From IMG/VR virus record IMGVR_UViG_3300024346_000009: a stretch of DNA of 64,000 nucleotides; one strand, written 5' to 3'. Source of the stretch: a virus. The notes beneath the pieces were generated by a model that worked only from the letters and a program-made list of their open reading frames with translations, searched no databases and had not been told where the DNA came from. The first letter of the stretch is position 1, and every line of letters starts with the position of its first letter. The position numbers were made by a program, and so were the translations under genes. Shown piece after piece: positions 1 to 9,704 of the stretch.

Positions 1-251
1 ATGAGACCGGTCTTGATAAAGATAAATTAATTGTTGTATTTGATAATCAACCTCGCAATAAAGAAGTATGCAAGTTGATTGAAAAAAATATAGAACTAGG
101 TTATAATATAGTTCTGTGGCCGCAGACGATCGTAGAAAAAGATATTAATGAGATGGTAATAGCTGGTCATAATGTTAAGAAAATTATTAAAGATAATACT
201 TTCAACGGACTTACAGCAAAGATGAAGTTTATTGGGTGGAAGCGATGTTAA
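1..251 (+). CDS. DNA primase (T4 gp61-like), C-terminal fragment, 5'-truncated by the window
   Basis: Frame 3 read by hand: ...LIVVFDNQPRNKEVCK...VLWPQTIVEKDINEMV...GWKRC*. The VFDNxPRN and KDINxM motifs are typical of T4-like primases. Confidence 0.85.
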   Translation, partial: ETGLDKDKLIVVFDNQPRNKEVCKLIEKNIELGYNIVLWPQTIVEKDINEMVIAGHNVKKIIKDNTFNGLTAKMKFIGWKRC

Positions 252-280
252 GAAGTTTTATTAATAATAAATAACCTACA

Positions 281-709
281 ATGTGGATATTAAATTTTCT
301 TCCTGCTAGCTTCTTTCATATAATCGGTATAGTCGGCATACTGGCGGTTCTCTCCGGTATACTCCTTAAAAGAATTCCTTTCGTTAATACTTATTCTTTT
401 CCAATTCAAATAGTTGGATTTGTAGTAGTGTGTCTAAGTCTCTTCTTCGAGGGCGCATTGTATAATAATGCTGAATGGATTTCTAGAGTAAAAGAGATGG
501 AAGATAAGGTGGCGGCAGCTGAAGTAGAGAGCAAAAAAGAGACTATTAAGATAGTACAGAAGGTTGTTGTCAAGCAGCAAATAGTTAAAGAGCGCGGTGA
601 AGATATTATTAAGTACGTTGACCGGGAAATAACTAAATACGATAACACCTGTGTTATTCCTAACGAGTTTGTTAAAGCCCTTAACGATGCTGCCAGGGAT
701 ATAAGATGA
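281..709 (+). CDS. Inner-membrane spanin (Rz-like)
   Basis: N-terminal TM segments, then a coiled coil and a C-terminal Cys (TCVIP). Overlaps a lipoprotein ORF by ATGA. Confidence 0.65.
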   Translation: MWILNFLPASFFHIIGIVGILAVLSGILLKRIPFVNTYSFPIQIVGFVVVCLSLFFEGALYNNAEWISRVKEMEDKVAAAEVESKKETIKIVQKVVVKQQIVKERGEDIIKYVDREITKYDNTCVIPNEFVKALNDAARDIR

Positions 710-963
710 GATATCTCTTACTTCTTTTACTACTCACCGGCTGTTCAACCACAGTACCGGTTACTGCTAAGTTTCCAGAAGCACCAAATGAAATATTACA
801 GAAGTGCCCTGCACTTAAACAGCTAGGGGAAGATGTTAAACTTAGTGAAGTAGCAAAAAACATTACATACAATTACACAACATATTATGAATGCGTGATC
901 AAGCACGATGCCTGGATTGAATGGTATCAGTCACAAAAAAAGATTTTTGAATCTATTAAATAA
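706..963 (+). CDS. Outer-membrane spanin lipoprotein (Rz1-like)
   Basis: Lipobox LLTGC after a hydrophobic signal; Pro-rich with two further Cys; adjacent to the Rz-like gene. Confidence 0.7.
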   Translation: MRYLLLLLLLTGCSTTVPVTAKFPEAPNEILQKCPALKQLGEDVKLSEVAKNITYNYTTYYECVIKHDAWIEWYQSQKKIFESIK

Positions 964-989
964 AAAAAATAAGTAGGAAAAATAAAAGT

Positions 990-2795
990 ATGAATACAGT
1001 ACATGGTATTGTGGTAGACTATTCTCGCGACGGCTTGTTTGATACACTGGGTGTATTACGTCTTAGAGAATCGTATATGCGTGATGATGAGGTATCACCA
1101 CAAGAGAGATTTGCTTTTGTATCAAAAGCTTTTGGAACGGATGAAGAACATGCGCAACGATTATATAATTATTCTTCTAAGCATTGGCTCAGCTATTCTA
1201 CTCCTATCCTATCCTTTGGTAGGTCGGCGAGGGGTTTACCTATTAGCTGCTTCCTACCTTACCTTGATGACTCTAGCGCTGGTCTCGTTAACACATTATC
1301 CGAAGTAAATTGGCTCAGCATGCTGGGCGGAGGAATTGGAATTGGAATTGGAATTCGTGCATCAGATGACAAGAGCGTTGGGGTTATGCCTCATCTTAGA
1401 ACTTATGATGCTTCAAGTCTCGCTTACCGACAGGGTAGGACTCGCCGTGGTAGTTATGCTGCATACCTTGATATTAGTCACCCTGATATTCTCTTATTTC
1501 TAGAGATGAGAAAACCAACTGGTGATCCCAATATGAGGACCCAAAACTTGCATCATGGTATTAATATTACCGATGAGTTTATGCAGTTGGTCGAACGCAG
1601 TATGATTGACAAAGACGCAGACGATTCTTGGAACTTAGTTGACCCACATAACAGTGAAGTAAGAGAGGTGGTGTCTGCGCGGGAACTCTGGCAACGTATT
1701 CTTGATATGCGTATGCAGACCGGTGAACCTTATCTACACTTTATCGATACGAGTAATAAACATATGCCAGAGTTTCAAAAGAAACTTGGTTTAAAAATTC
1801 GTCAATCTAATCTGTGTTCAGAAATTATTCTTCCTACAGATAAAGAGAGAACTGCGGTCTGTTGTTTATCGTCTCTAAACTTGGAGTACTATGATGAGTG
1901 GAAAAATGATACTTTATTCCTTAATGATGTTGCTGAAATGCTTGACAATGTACTTCAGTATTTTATTGATAATGCTCCTACCACCGTTGAGCGTGCAAGG
2001 TTCTCTGCCACACGTGAGCGCTCTATTGGCGTCGGTGCTCTGGGCTTCCATGCTTATCTCCAACAATGCGGAATCCCTTTTGAATCACCTATGGCCGTCG
2101 GAAGAAATAGACAAATTTTTAAACACATCAGGGAGCAACTAGATGAAGCTAATCAACAGCTTGGAAAACTTCGCGGAGAAGCACCTGATGCAGTGGGGAG
2201 TGGGCAGCGCTTTAGCCACCTTATGGCTATTGCTCCTAATGCTTCTAGTTCAATTATCATGGGTAATACTTCTCCTAGTATCGAGCCATACCGTGCTAAT
2301 GCCTATCGCCAAGACACTCTTTCGGGGTCTCATCTGACGAAGAACAAGTGGTTAGATAGAGTTATTCAAAAACACCTGTCTGGTGATGGTGATATAGTAT
2401 CACAAGATGACTACAATGAAATTTGGTCAAGCATTATTGCAAACGATGGTTCAGTACAACACCTTACATGGATGGATCAATGGCAGAAAGATGTATTTAA
2501 AACGTCAATGGAAATAGACCAGAGATGGCTTGTACAGCATGCCGCCGATCGCCAAGAATATATTGATCAAGCACAATCACTTAACCTGTTCTTCCGGCCA
2601 GACGTTAATATTAAGTATCTACACGCCGTCCATTTCCTTGCTTGGAAAACAGGACTTAAGACCTTGTACTATTGTCGTAGTGAAAAGATTGGTAAGGCAG
2701 ATAAAGTATCTAAACGTATTGAACGAGAAGTAATTAAAGAATTGGATATGAAGGCAATTATTGATGGTGATGTTTGTTTAGCCTGCGAAGGCTAG
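990..2795 (+). CDS. nrdA: Ribonucleotide reductase class I, large subunit
   Basis: PISCFL, SNLCSEI (catalytic Cys/Glu), AIAPNASSS, LKTLYY and C-terminal CLAC. Short, with no recognisable ATP cone. Confidence 0.97.
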   Translation: MNTVHGIVVDYSRDGLFDTLGVLRLRESYMRDDEVSPQERFAFVSKAFGTDEEHAQRLYNYSSKHWLSYSTPILSFGRSARGLPISCFLPYLDDSSAGLVNTLSEVNWLSMLGGGIGIGIGIRASDDKSVGVMPHLRTYDASSLAYRQGRTRRGSYAAYLDISHPDILLFLEMRKPTGDPNMRTQNLHHGINITDEFMQLVERSMIDKDADDSWNLVDPHNSEVREVVSARELWQRILDMRMQTGEPYLHFIDTSNKHMPEFQKKLGLKIRQSNLCSEIILPTDKERTAVCCLSSLNLEYYDEWKNDTLFLNDVAEMLDNVLQYFIDNAPTTVERARFSATRERSIGVGALGFHAYLQQCGIPFESPMAVGRNRQIFKHIREQLDEANQQLGKLRGEAPDAVGSGQRFSHLMAIAPNASSSIIMGNTSPSIEPYRANAYRQDTLSGSHLTKNKWLDRVIQKHLSGDGDIVSQDDYNEIWSSIIANDGSVQHLTWMDQWQKDVFKTSMEIDQRWLVQHAADRQEYIDQAQSLNLFFRPDVNIKYLHAVHFLAWKTGLKTLYYCRSEKIGKADKVSKRIEREVIKELDMKAIIDGDVCLACEG

Positions 2796-3437
2796 ATGAA
2801 AACAATAGCTTTATTTGTATGTGATCCAAAGTGCTCCGTACAAAGTAGCAATGGTATTATTAACGCTTTAGGTGATTATTATAAATTTAAGCTATTTTCA
2901 AAAAACGAAGTTGAATATAATTTTTTTGATAATGTTGACATAATAGCTGTACCAGGGGGATTTGGTCACTCGGATTCCTTTGATACGTTATTAAAACATA
3001 ATGGTGAATCGATTGTTAAATATGTTAGGAGCGGGACACCCTATCTCGGTATTTGTATGGGTGCTTATTGGGCTGGTAAACATTACTTTAATATTCTAGA
3101 TGATGTTGATGCCGTACAGTACTTAAAGCAATCTAATACCGATACACGCAGACCACATGCAAAGAACATTAAAATAGAGTGGTTAGGTAAACCTATGAAT
3201 ATGTTTTGGTACGATGGGTGTGCTTTTACAGGACCGGGGTACTACGATACTATTGCAAAGTACTCTAATGATGACCCAATGGCAATTATACAAAATAATA
3301 TAGGGCTGATAGGATGCCACCCTGAAAGTCAACAATTTTGGTATGATAGCTACAGCTGGTTAAAGGGTAAATATCATAACGGTGAACATCATAAATTATT
3401 ACTAGAGTTTGTAAACGAATTAATTAACAGAAAATAA
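2796..3437 (+). CDS. BPL_N / class I glutamine-amidotransferase-like protein
   Basis: AVPGG, YLGICMGAY (nucleophile elbow) and GCHPE (His-Glu) motifs. Confidence 0.75.
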   Translation: MKTIALFVCDPKCSVQSSNGIINALGDYYKFKLFSKNEVEYNFFDNVDIIAVPGGFGHSDSFDTLLKHNGESIVKYVRSGTPYLGICMGAYWAGKHYFNILDDVDAVQYLKQSNTDTRRPHAKNIKIEWLGKPMNMFWYDGCAFTGPGYYDTIAKYSNDDPMAIIQNNIGLIGCHPESQQFWYDSYSWLKGKYHNGEHHKLLLEFVNELINRK

Positions 3438-3438
3438 A

Positions 3439-4431
3439 ATGTCAAAGAAAAATCAAAGTATACTTACAGATGAACGTAATTCCTTTAAACCGTTTAATTA
3501 TCCATGGGCGTATGATGCATGGTTAAAGCATGAGCAAAGTCATTGGCTTCACACCGAAGTACCAATGGTAGAGGATGTTAAGGATTGGAAGAAGAAGCTT
3601 ACTCAAGAAGAAAAGACATTCTTGACTAACATCTTTCGATTCTTTACTCAAGGTGATATAGATGTTGCAGGTGGATATGTAAATAACTATCTACCTTATT
3701 TCCCACAACCAGAGGTTCGGATGATGCTGCTTGGCTTTGCTGCACGTGAGGCACTACACATAGCCGCCTACTCGCATCTTATAGAGACCATTGGTCTGCC
3801 AGAAACTATGTATAATGAGTTTATGGAATATGCAGAGATGAAAGAGAAGCATGATTATGTATTAGAAATCTCACAACAAAACTCATCTAAAGAAAATACC
3901 GCTAAACACATTGCAGTATTTTCCGCCTTCACCGAAGGAATGCAGCTGTTTAGTTCCTTTATTATGTTACTGAACTTTCCACGTCACGGTAAAATGAAGG
4001 GCATGGGTCAGATTATAACTTGGTCTATTGTTGATGAAACACAACACTGTGAATCTATGATTAAGTTATTTAGAACTTATATTCAAGAGAACCCTGAGAT
4101 ATGGAACGATGAACTTAAAGGTCAGATATATACAATTGCTGAACGAATGGTTGAACTTGAAGATAAGTTTATTGATCTGGCATTCAGCCTAGGACCTATG
4201 GCTGATTTGGAGGCCGCTGATGTAAAGCGTTATATCAGGTACATTACTGACCGTCGCCTCATTAGCCTTGGTCTTAAGGGTATTATGAAGGTTAAGAAAA
4301 ACCCATTACCCTGGGTTGAAGAAATGATTAATGCACCTACGCATACTAACTTTTTTGAAAATAGAGCGACCGATTATGCTAAAGCCGCTCACACCGGTAC
4401 CTGGGATGAGGTCTGGGGTAAGGCTGCTTGA
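3439..4431 (+). CDS. nrdB: Ribonucleotide reductase class I, small subunit
   Basis: FFTQGD, EALHIAAY (Fe ligands and radical Tyr), EGMQLFSSF, DETQH, NFFE. Confidence 0.97.
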   Translation: MSKKNQSILTDERNSFKPFNYPWAYDAWLKHEQSHWLHTEVPMVEDVKDWKKKLTQEEKTFLTNIFRFFTQGDIDVAGGYVNNYLPYFPQPEVRMMLLGFAAREALHIAAYSHLIETIGLPETMYNEFMEYAEMKEKHDYVLEISQQNSSKENTAKHIAVFSAFTEGMQLFSSFIMLLNFPRHGKMKGMGQIITWSIVDETQHCESMIKLFRTYIQENPEIWNDELKGQIYTIAERMVELEDKFIDLAFSLGPMADLEAADVKRYIRYITDRRLISLGLKGIMKVKKNPLPWVEEMINAPTHTNFFENRATDYAKAAHTGTWDEVWGKAA

Positions 4432-4862
4432 AAGAAAAATATATTAAAGCTCACATGAAGGTAGCTCAGGTTTATGCTGAGCTGTCAACAGCTGTACGTC
4501 TACAGGTGGGTTGTGTAATTGTTAAAGATAATACTATTATTGGTATTGGTTATAACGGTATGCCTTCAGGTTGGGACAACACCTGTGAAATAATTAAGCA
4601 CACCGATTTTACTGGTACAGTAGTAACTATGTCCAAGCCTGAGGTATTGCATGCTGAAACAAATGCAATTGCTAAAGTATCACGATCATCTAATTCAACT
4701 GACAGTGCTGATCTTTTTGTCACACATGCCCCCTGCCTTGAATGTGCTAAATTAATTTATCAGTCAGGAATAAAATCTGTTTATTATAGGGATATATATC
4801 GTGATACACGCGGGCTGGACTTTCTTCAAGCCTGTAACATAGAGGTAAATAAAATTGTATAA
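4428..4862 (+). CDS. dCMP deaminase
   Basis: GYNG, HAETNAI and PCLEC zinc-deaminase motifs; TTG start overlapping the nrdB stop. Confidence 0.93.
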   Translation: MKEKYIKAHMKVAQVYAELSTAVRLQVGCVIVKDNTIIGIGYNGMPSGWDNTCEIIKHTDFTGTVVTMSKPEVLHAETNAIAKVSRSSNSTDSADLFVTHAPCLECAKLIYQSGIKSVYYRDIYRDTRGLDFLQACNIEVNKIV

Positions 4863-5004
4863 AGCATATACTTGTGACAGCTGTGAGGCTGCATTTAAAA
4901 TAAAACACTCATTAGATGAATCTTTTTTTGAAGTAAACTTCTGCCCATTCTGCAGTGCACAAATCGATGACGATGATGAACAGGAACCGGACGAATTCGA
5001 ATGA
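4855..5004 (+). CDS. Small zinc-ribbon protein (49 aa; not in the ORF track)
   Basis: GAGGT SD then TTG: MYKAYTCDSCEAAFKIKHSLDESFFEVNFCPFCSAQIDDDDEQEPDEFE. Two CxxC pairs; fills the gap exactly, with an ATGA overlap to the next gene. Confidence 0.75.
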   Translation: MYKAYTCDSCEAAFKIKHSLDESFFEVNFCPFCSAQIDDDDEQEPDEFE

Positions 5005-5399
5005 CCGACTGGACATACCACGGTGAGGTATTCCCTGAACCCGGAACTCACTATGGTTTTGTATACTTAATCACAAACTTAAAAACCGGTAGGCAGTATA
5101 TCGGCAAGAAGTTTTTTTGGTCGTTAAGACGAAAGCAAGTCAATAAGGTTAGAAAAAGAATTAAAATCGAATCAGATTGGAAGACGTACTGGTCATCCTC
5201 CGATGAGCTGCAGGCAGATGTTAATGAGCTGGGCCAAGAAAATTTTATGCGGGAAATAATATACTTGTGTCCGAGTAAGGGTACAACAAATTATTTGGAA
5301 GCAAAAGAGCAGTTCTCTAGAGGGGTACTCGAGAATAAGGATAAGTGGTATAATGGAATCATACAATGTAAGATCCATCGAAACCACGTAAAGTTATGA
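5001..5399 (+). CDS. GIY-YIG-family nuclease (standalone catalytic domain)
   Basis: GFVYLITN...YIGKK motif, conserved Glu (YLEA) and YN. Confidence 0.75.
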   Translation: MTDWTYHGEVFPEPGTHYGFVYLITNLKTGRQYIGKKFFWSLRRKQVNKVRKRIKIESDWKTYWSSSDELQADVNELGQENFMREIIYLCPSKGTTNYLEAKEQFSRGVLENKDKWYNGIIQCKIHRNHVKL

Positions 5400-6436
5400 T
5401 ATTAATTTTCTTAACACTACTTTCTGCTTTGGCAGTGTCTGCGGTTGCAGCTTATTTCTCCATTGCTGGGTTAGTGGCTATATTTGCCTCTGCACCTGTA
5501 CCAATTGCAACAATGGGTATAACGCTTGAAGTTGCGAAACTAGTAACTGCATCCTGGATATATCGAAACTGGGAGGTAGCACCTAGGTTATTAAAATACT
5601 ATTTTGTAATTGCCACAGTAATTCTTTCTTTAATTACCTCCATGGGTATATTTGGATACTTGAGTAAAGTACATTTAGATCAAAGTGTACCTAATGGTGA
5701 GACAGCGGCAAAGATTTCTTTATTTGATGAAAAAATAAAAATTGAAAGAGAGAATATTGATGTTAATCGCAAGGCACTTAAACAGCTTGATGAGGCAGTG
5801 GATCAAGTCATGGCACGCTCAACTTCAGAAACGGGTGCAGATCGAGCAGTGTCAATTCGACGTGCCCAACAGAAAGAACGTAGTAAGCTTCTTGCAGATA
5901 ACGAAAAGTCGCAAAAACTCATTGCAGGGTATAATGAAGAAAGAGCACCTATTGCCACGGAGCTTAGGAAAGTCGAAGCCGAGGTTGGCCCGATTAGGTA
6001 CATAGCTGCTTTCTTTTACGGGAGTACCGATCAGGATATCCTAGAGAAAGCTGTAACGTGGGTTATTATAGCTTTGATTATCGTATTTGATCCTCTCGCT
6101 ATCCTGTTACTTATTGCTGCTAACTTTTCCATCCGTGAACGTAACGGTACCAGACTAATACATGCTAAAGTGGTGGAACCTGAATTAAAGCCTAAACCAC
6201 CAGATGTACAACCCATTGCACCAACTCATAGTCCTACAGATGATATCCCGCCTGAAATAACCCCTGCTGAGAGTTCATTCTCTTATCCTGAAACCGTTAC
6301 GGATCCCGAGGGTGAGAAAGAGGGGTGGAGTAAAGAGTTATACCGTAAATTTTTGAATACTGATAAAATAAACATTGATCGATCGCGAATCCACTCAATT
6401 CCTAAAGAGATACTTGATAAGGTCTTTAAGAAGTAA
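5396..6436 (+). CDS. Membrane protein with coiled coil (hypothetical)
   Basis: Three N-terminal TM helices, a long coiled coil, a further TM (IIVFDPLAILLL) and a Pro/Glu-rich tail. Confidence 0.7.
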   Translation: MILIFLTLLSALAVSAVAAYFSIAGLVAIFASAPVPIATMGITLEVAKLVTASWIYRNWEVAPRLLKYYFVIATVILSLITSMGIFGYLSKVHLDQSVPNGETAAKISLFDEKIKIERENIDVNRKALKQLDEAVDQVMARSTSETGADRAVSIRRAQQKERSKLLADNEKSQKLIAGYNEERAPIATELRKVEAEVGPIRYIAAFFYGSTDQDILEKAVTWVIIALIIVFDPLAILLLIAANFSIRERNGTRLIHAKVVEPELKPKPPDVQPIAPTHSPTDDIPPEITPAESSFSYPETVTDPEGEKEGWSKELYRKFLNTDKINIDRSRIHSIPKEILDKVFKK

Positions 6437-6437
6437 C

Positions 6438-6466
6438 TTGACCGTAACTCAATTCTATGTTATAAT
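6438..6466 (+). promoter_or_regulatory. Sigma70-type early promoter
   Basis: TTGACC-17 nt-TATAAT with extended -10 TG, upstream of a GGAG SD and ORF 6488. Confidence 0.8.
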
Positions 6467-6487
6467 AACATATGTTAAGGAGATTAC

Positions 6488-6811
6488 ATGACTGATGATT
6501 TTGATGTTAAATTTAGTTACTTTGATAAGATTAAAGACGATGCAAGCTTTAGATCTATTTGGTCTATCTATGAAGTAAGTAATATGTACGATCTCTCTGG
6601 CTTTGAAGCTGAGACTCTTGTTTATAAAGACCATTGGGGTCATGAACGATCAGTATCGATTCCTCTACCCGGTGGTAACCTTAAGTGGTGGGACTTGTGG
6701 TCTGCCGCAGATAAAGCTATAATTGAATCAGAAGATAAGCATCATGTCTTTATTGAAGACTTTCAAAAGTCCACTGATGGTAAGACGTTATTTTTGAGAA
6801 CTGGAAGTTAA
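6488..6811 (+). CDS. Hypothetical protein
   Basis: 107-aa ORF with an AAGGAG SD, behind the promoter. Confidence 0.75.
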   Translation: MTDDFDVKFSYFDKIKDDASFRSIWSIYEVSNMYDLSGFEAETLVYKDHWGHERSVSIPLPGGNLKWWDLWSAADKAIIESEDKHHVFIEDFQKSTDGKTLFLRTGS

Positions 6812-6813
6812 TT

Positions 6814-7140
6814 ATGAGTCAAGTTGAAGCCCGTGCTTACGAGCCTACCTACTATTCTAATGCAAATGAAGAAGATCAAAAAGTATTTCGTGAATGGTTA
6901 GGTGGTGTGTTGCGTATGCATTATGTTAATATCCATTTTCGTAAGAAAGATGGTTCTATTCGTATCATGAATTGTACCTTGCAAGAAGGTAAGACGTTAG
7001 ATTATGAAAAGAAGACCGATCGAGTTAAGGCCGTGAGTGAAGATACATGCCCGGTTTATGATATTGATAAAAAAGAATGGCGATCATTCCGTTATGATGC
7101 TGTTACTGAGATTAGATTTAACTTAGGGGAAGGTCGATGA
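6814..7140 (+). CDS. SH3/Sm-like beta-barrel protein (WYL_2/DUF2693-like)
   Basis: FRKKDGSIRIMNCT...VYDIDKKEWRSFR pattern common in T4-like phages. Confidence 0.7.
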   Translation: MSQVEARAYEPTYYSNANEEDQKVFREWLGGVLRMHYVNIHFRKKDGSIRIMNCTLQEGKTLDYEKKTDRVKAVSEDTCPVYDIDKKEWRSFRYDAVTEIRFNLGEGR

Positions 7141-8195
7141 GTAGAGTTATTATGAGTGAGCCTCACGGCATTACACCTGATTTAAGTAATTATAAATCTG
7201 CGCTATCACGTGCTTTCAATTTCTATAATCAAGACAACGGAAAAAAAGAAGCTCGTCTGTTTTTACGGGCTTATATAAAGAGTGTCGGGCAAGATTTAAA
7301 AGCGGTAGATAGCGTACCTGATAACAAAATTAGCACAACCTACGGCTGGGTAGCACGGATACTTTTAAACGGTAATGTACTTCAAGAACAGCACGTTCAA
7401 GGACTAAAGAATTATATCAGCACCTTAACGATTGATAAAGTAGTTAAAGTTGAAGTCGAAAAAGTTACTCGGTTAACTATCCAAGATTACATGCAAGAAA
7501 AGATTGCTGAAACCCTTGGAGAGTTAGAAGGAGCTATTGATGATTTCATTACTTCAGGTACTGAGTTTGATATGCTTTCGTATCTTAAAGCTTCCTCTAC
7601 CCCGAAGCCTTACTGTAGTCATATTGATACATGGACCCGTAAGAAAGCCGCAGAGTTTATCGAGGCATATCAGTCTGATGATAAGGAACTAAAAGAGGCG
7701 TATGGGTATCTAGGAAAGAGGAAACTTGCCCAGTTAATTAAAATGCTTAATAGTTTTGTTACCGATGTAGAGCGGTATACAGAGTTTAAAAAAGCTAACC
7801 GTAAACCTAGAGCTACAAAGGTAAAGCCTGCAGGTGTTCAGGTTGCAAAGATTAAATACAAGATAGAAGATACTGATCTTGGTCTTAAATCAGTAAGACC
7901 TTCCGATATAGTTGGTGCTTCCCAGGTATGGGTATACAATTGTAAGTATAAAAGGTTAGCGGTTTATAGAACTGATTCCTCTTTAGGAATCCAGGTCAAG
8001 GGCACTACATTACAGAACTATGATCCGGAGACGAGTGAACAAAAGTCTATACGTAGACCTGAGGCTTTTCTTAAGATTGTATTAAATGCAAGTAAGGTAC
8101 AACTGCGTAAGATATTGACCGAGCTAACTACGACGGGGTACGATCTTACAGGTCGTATAAATGAAGAATGTATTATATTGAGAGTACTTAAATAA
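7137..8195 (+). CDS. Conserved hypothetical phage protein
   Basis: 352-aa ORF coupled to both neighbours; C-terminal TGRINEECIILRV. Confidence 0.7.
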   Translation: MSRVIMSEPHGITPDLSNYKSALSRAFNFYNQDNGKKEARLFLRAYIKSVGQDLKAVDSVPDNKISTTYGWVARILLNGNVLQEQHVQGLKNYISTLTIDKVVKVEVEKVTRLTIQDYMQEKIAETLGELEGAIDDFITSGTEFDMLSYLKASSTPKPYCSHIDTWTRKKAAEFIEAYQSDDKELKEAYGYLGKRKLAQLIKMLNSFVTDVERYTEFKKANRKPRATKVKPAGVQVAKIKYKIEDTDLGLKSVRPSDIVGASQVWVYNCKYKRLAVYRTDSSLGIQVKGTTLQNYDPETSEQKSIRRPEAFLKIVLNASKVQLRKILTELTTTGYDLTGRINEECIILRVLK

Positions 8196-9079
8196 TGGTT
8201 GTAATAGATTATAGTCAAACGATTATATCTAATTTAATGGCGGAGATAGGTACAAGAAGTGATGTTGAAATTGATGTAAATCTTCTTCGACACATGGTTA
8301 TTAATACTATCCGAAGTCATAAGGTTAGATTCGGTGGGGAGTTTGGCGAGGTGGTAATTGCCTGTGACAGCAGAAAGTACTGGCGTAAGCAACAATTTCC
8401 TTATTACAAAGCCAATCGTAAAAAAGCGAGAGAGAGTTCTGGTCTTAATTGGCCGCAAATATTTGACTCGATTAATCTTATTAAAGAGGAGCTGAAGGCT
8501 GTCTTTCCGTACCGGGTTATTGAAGTTGAGGGTACAGAGGCAGACGATGTTATTGCTGCATTAGTGTACTGGTCTTTAGATAATGATCTTAAGGAAGGTA
8601 CGTTGTTTAGTGAACCAGCCCCGTTTTTAATTATCTCCGGTGATCACGACTTTAATCAGCTCCAAGTGCATAAACACGTCAAGCAATATTCGCCTATTAA
8701 AAAGAAATTTGTTAAGTCTGAACTCCCACCCGAGCAATGTGTTATAGAGCACATTATCAGAGGGGATAAAGGTGACGGGGTACCGAATGTACTATCTGCT
8801 GATGATAGTATTGTATCTGGCGAGAGACAGAAGCCTATCTCTACAAAGAAGCTAGAGGAATGGATGGCTGATCCTACCACCATGCCAACGGATGATGAGT
8901 TTGTTCGAAATTATCACCGTAACAAAATGCTGGTTGATCTGTCCATGATTCCTAAATCCATACAAGAACAGATTATAAATACCTTTATAAATTACCCTAT
9001 AAAAGACCGTAGTCAATTACTAGATTATTTTATAAAAAATAGAATGAAACAAATGACTGAACATACACAGGAGTTCTAA
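8195..9079 (+). CDS. rnh: RNase H / 5'-3' exonuclease (T4 rnh)
   Basis: YWRK..FPYYKANR, EADDVIA, SGDHDFNQL and GDKGDGVPN (FEN/5' nuclease motifs). Confidence 0.93.
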   Translation: MVVIDYSQTIISNLMAEIGTRSDVEIDVNLLRHMVINTIRSHKVRFGGEFGEVVIACDSRKYWRKQQFPYYKANRKKARESSGLNWPQIFDSINLIKEELKAVFPYRVIEVEGTEADDVIAALVYWSLDNDLKEGTLFSEPAPFLIISGDHDFNQLQVHKHVKQYSPIKKKFVKSELPPEQCVIEHIIRGDKGDGVPNVLSADDSIVSGERQKPISTKKLEEWMADPTTMPTDDEFVRNYHRNKMLVDLSMIPKSIQEQIINTFINYPIKDRSQLLDYFIKNRMKQMTEHTQEF

Positions 9080-9546
9080 TGAATTTACTTATATCTGAAA
9101 TTTTAAATAATTTTGAAGCTGCTAAGACAAAGCAGGAGAAGCTAGCCATTCTCAAGCAAAATGATACCCCGGTACTCCGTACTATTATGAGGTTAAATTT
9201 TGATCCTAAACTAAAGATGGATCTACCCGAAGGGGAACCACCTTATAAAAAGGATCTAGATAAGCCTATTGGGTACCATGAGACTAATCTTATTCAAGAA
9301 TACCGAAGATTTTACATCTGGCTTACCCCTCAAACAAACTTACCTAAGTTTAAGAAAGAAACGCTATTTGTCAGTATGCTTGAAGGCCTTCACTGGTCGG
9401 AGGCAGAGGTGTTAGTTTTAGCAAAAGACGGTAAACTAAGTACTAAGTTTAAGAGTCTTAAGGAAGACATGGTTAGGGAAGTATACTTAAATTGTTTATC
9501 TGAAAAAGAGAAAGTTACTAAGGTAACGACAGACCCTTTGGTATAA
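9079..9546 (+). CDS. Conserved T4-like hypothetical protein (DUF6433-like); probable -1 frameshift extension to 9674
   Basis: LPEGEPPYK...ETLFVSMLEGLH pattern; ends C CCT TTG GTA TAA. Late promoter TATAAATA at 8974-8981. Confidence 0.75.
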   Translation: MNLLISEILNNFEAAKTKQEKLAILKQNDTPVLRTIMRLNFDPKLKMDLPEGEPPYKKDLDKPIGYHETNLIQEYRRFYIWLTPQTNLPKFKKETLFVSMLEGLHWSEAEVLVLAKDGKLSTKFKSLKEDMVREVYLNCLSEKEKVTKVTTDPLV

Positions 9547-9670
9547 AGTCTCTCTGGCATAGGTTCTTTCGACGAGCAGATCCCGTAACCCCCTGGTCTG
9601 TAAGTACTGATATTCCGTCACCAGAGAGATCGTTCGACGTAAGGCTGACAACGTTACGTAACCGTAAACC

Positions 9671-9699
9671 TTGATTTACGACTGAAAGTATACTATAAT
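9671..9699 (+). promoter_or_regulatory. Sigma70-type promoter
   Basis: TTGATT-17 nt-TATAAT. The ATG at 9705 lies about at the expected +1, so the mRNA may be leaderless. Confidence 0.75.
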
Positions 9700-9704
9700 A
9701 TATT

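Noticed and set aside
5001-5399. Mobile homing endonuclease or intron
   Set aside because: Only a catalytic-size domain with no DNA-binding extension; nrdA and nrdB are uninterrupted, with no intron or intein seen.
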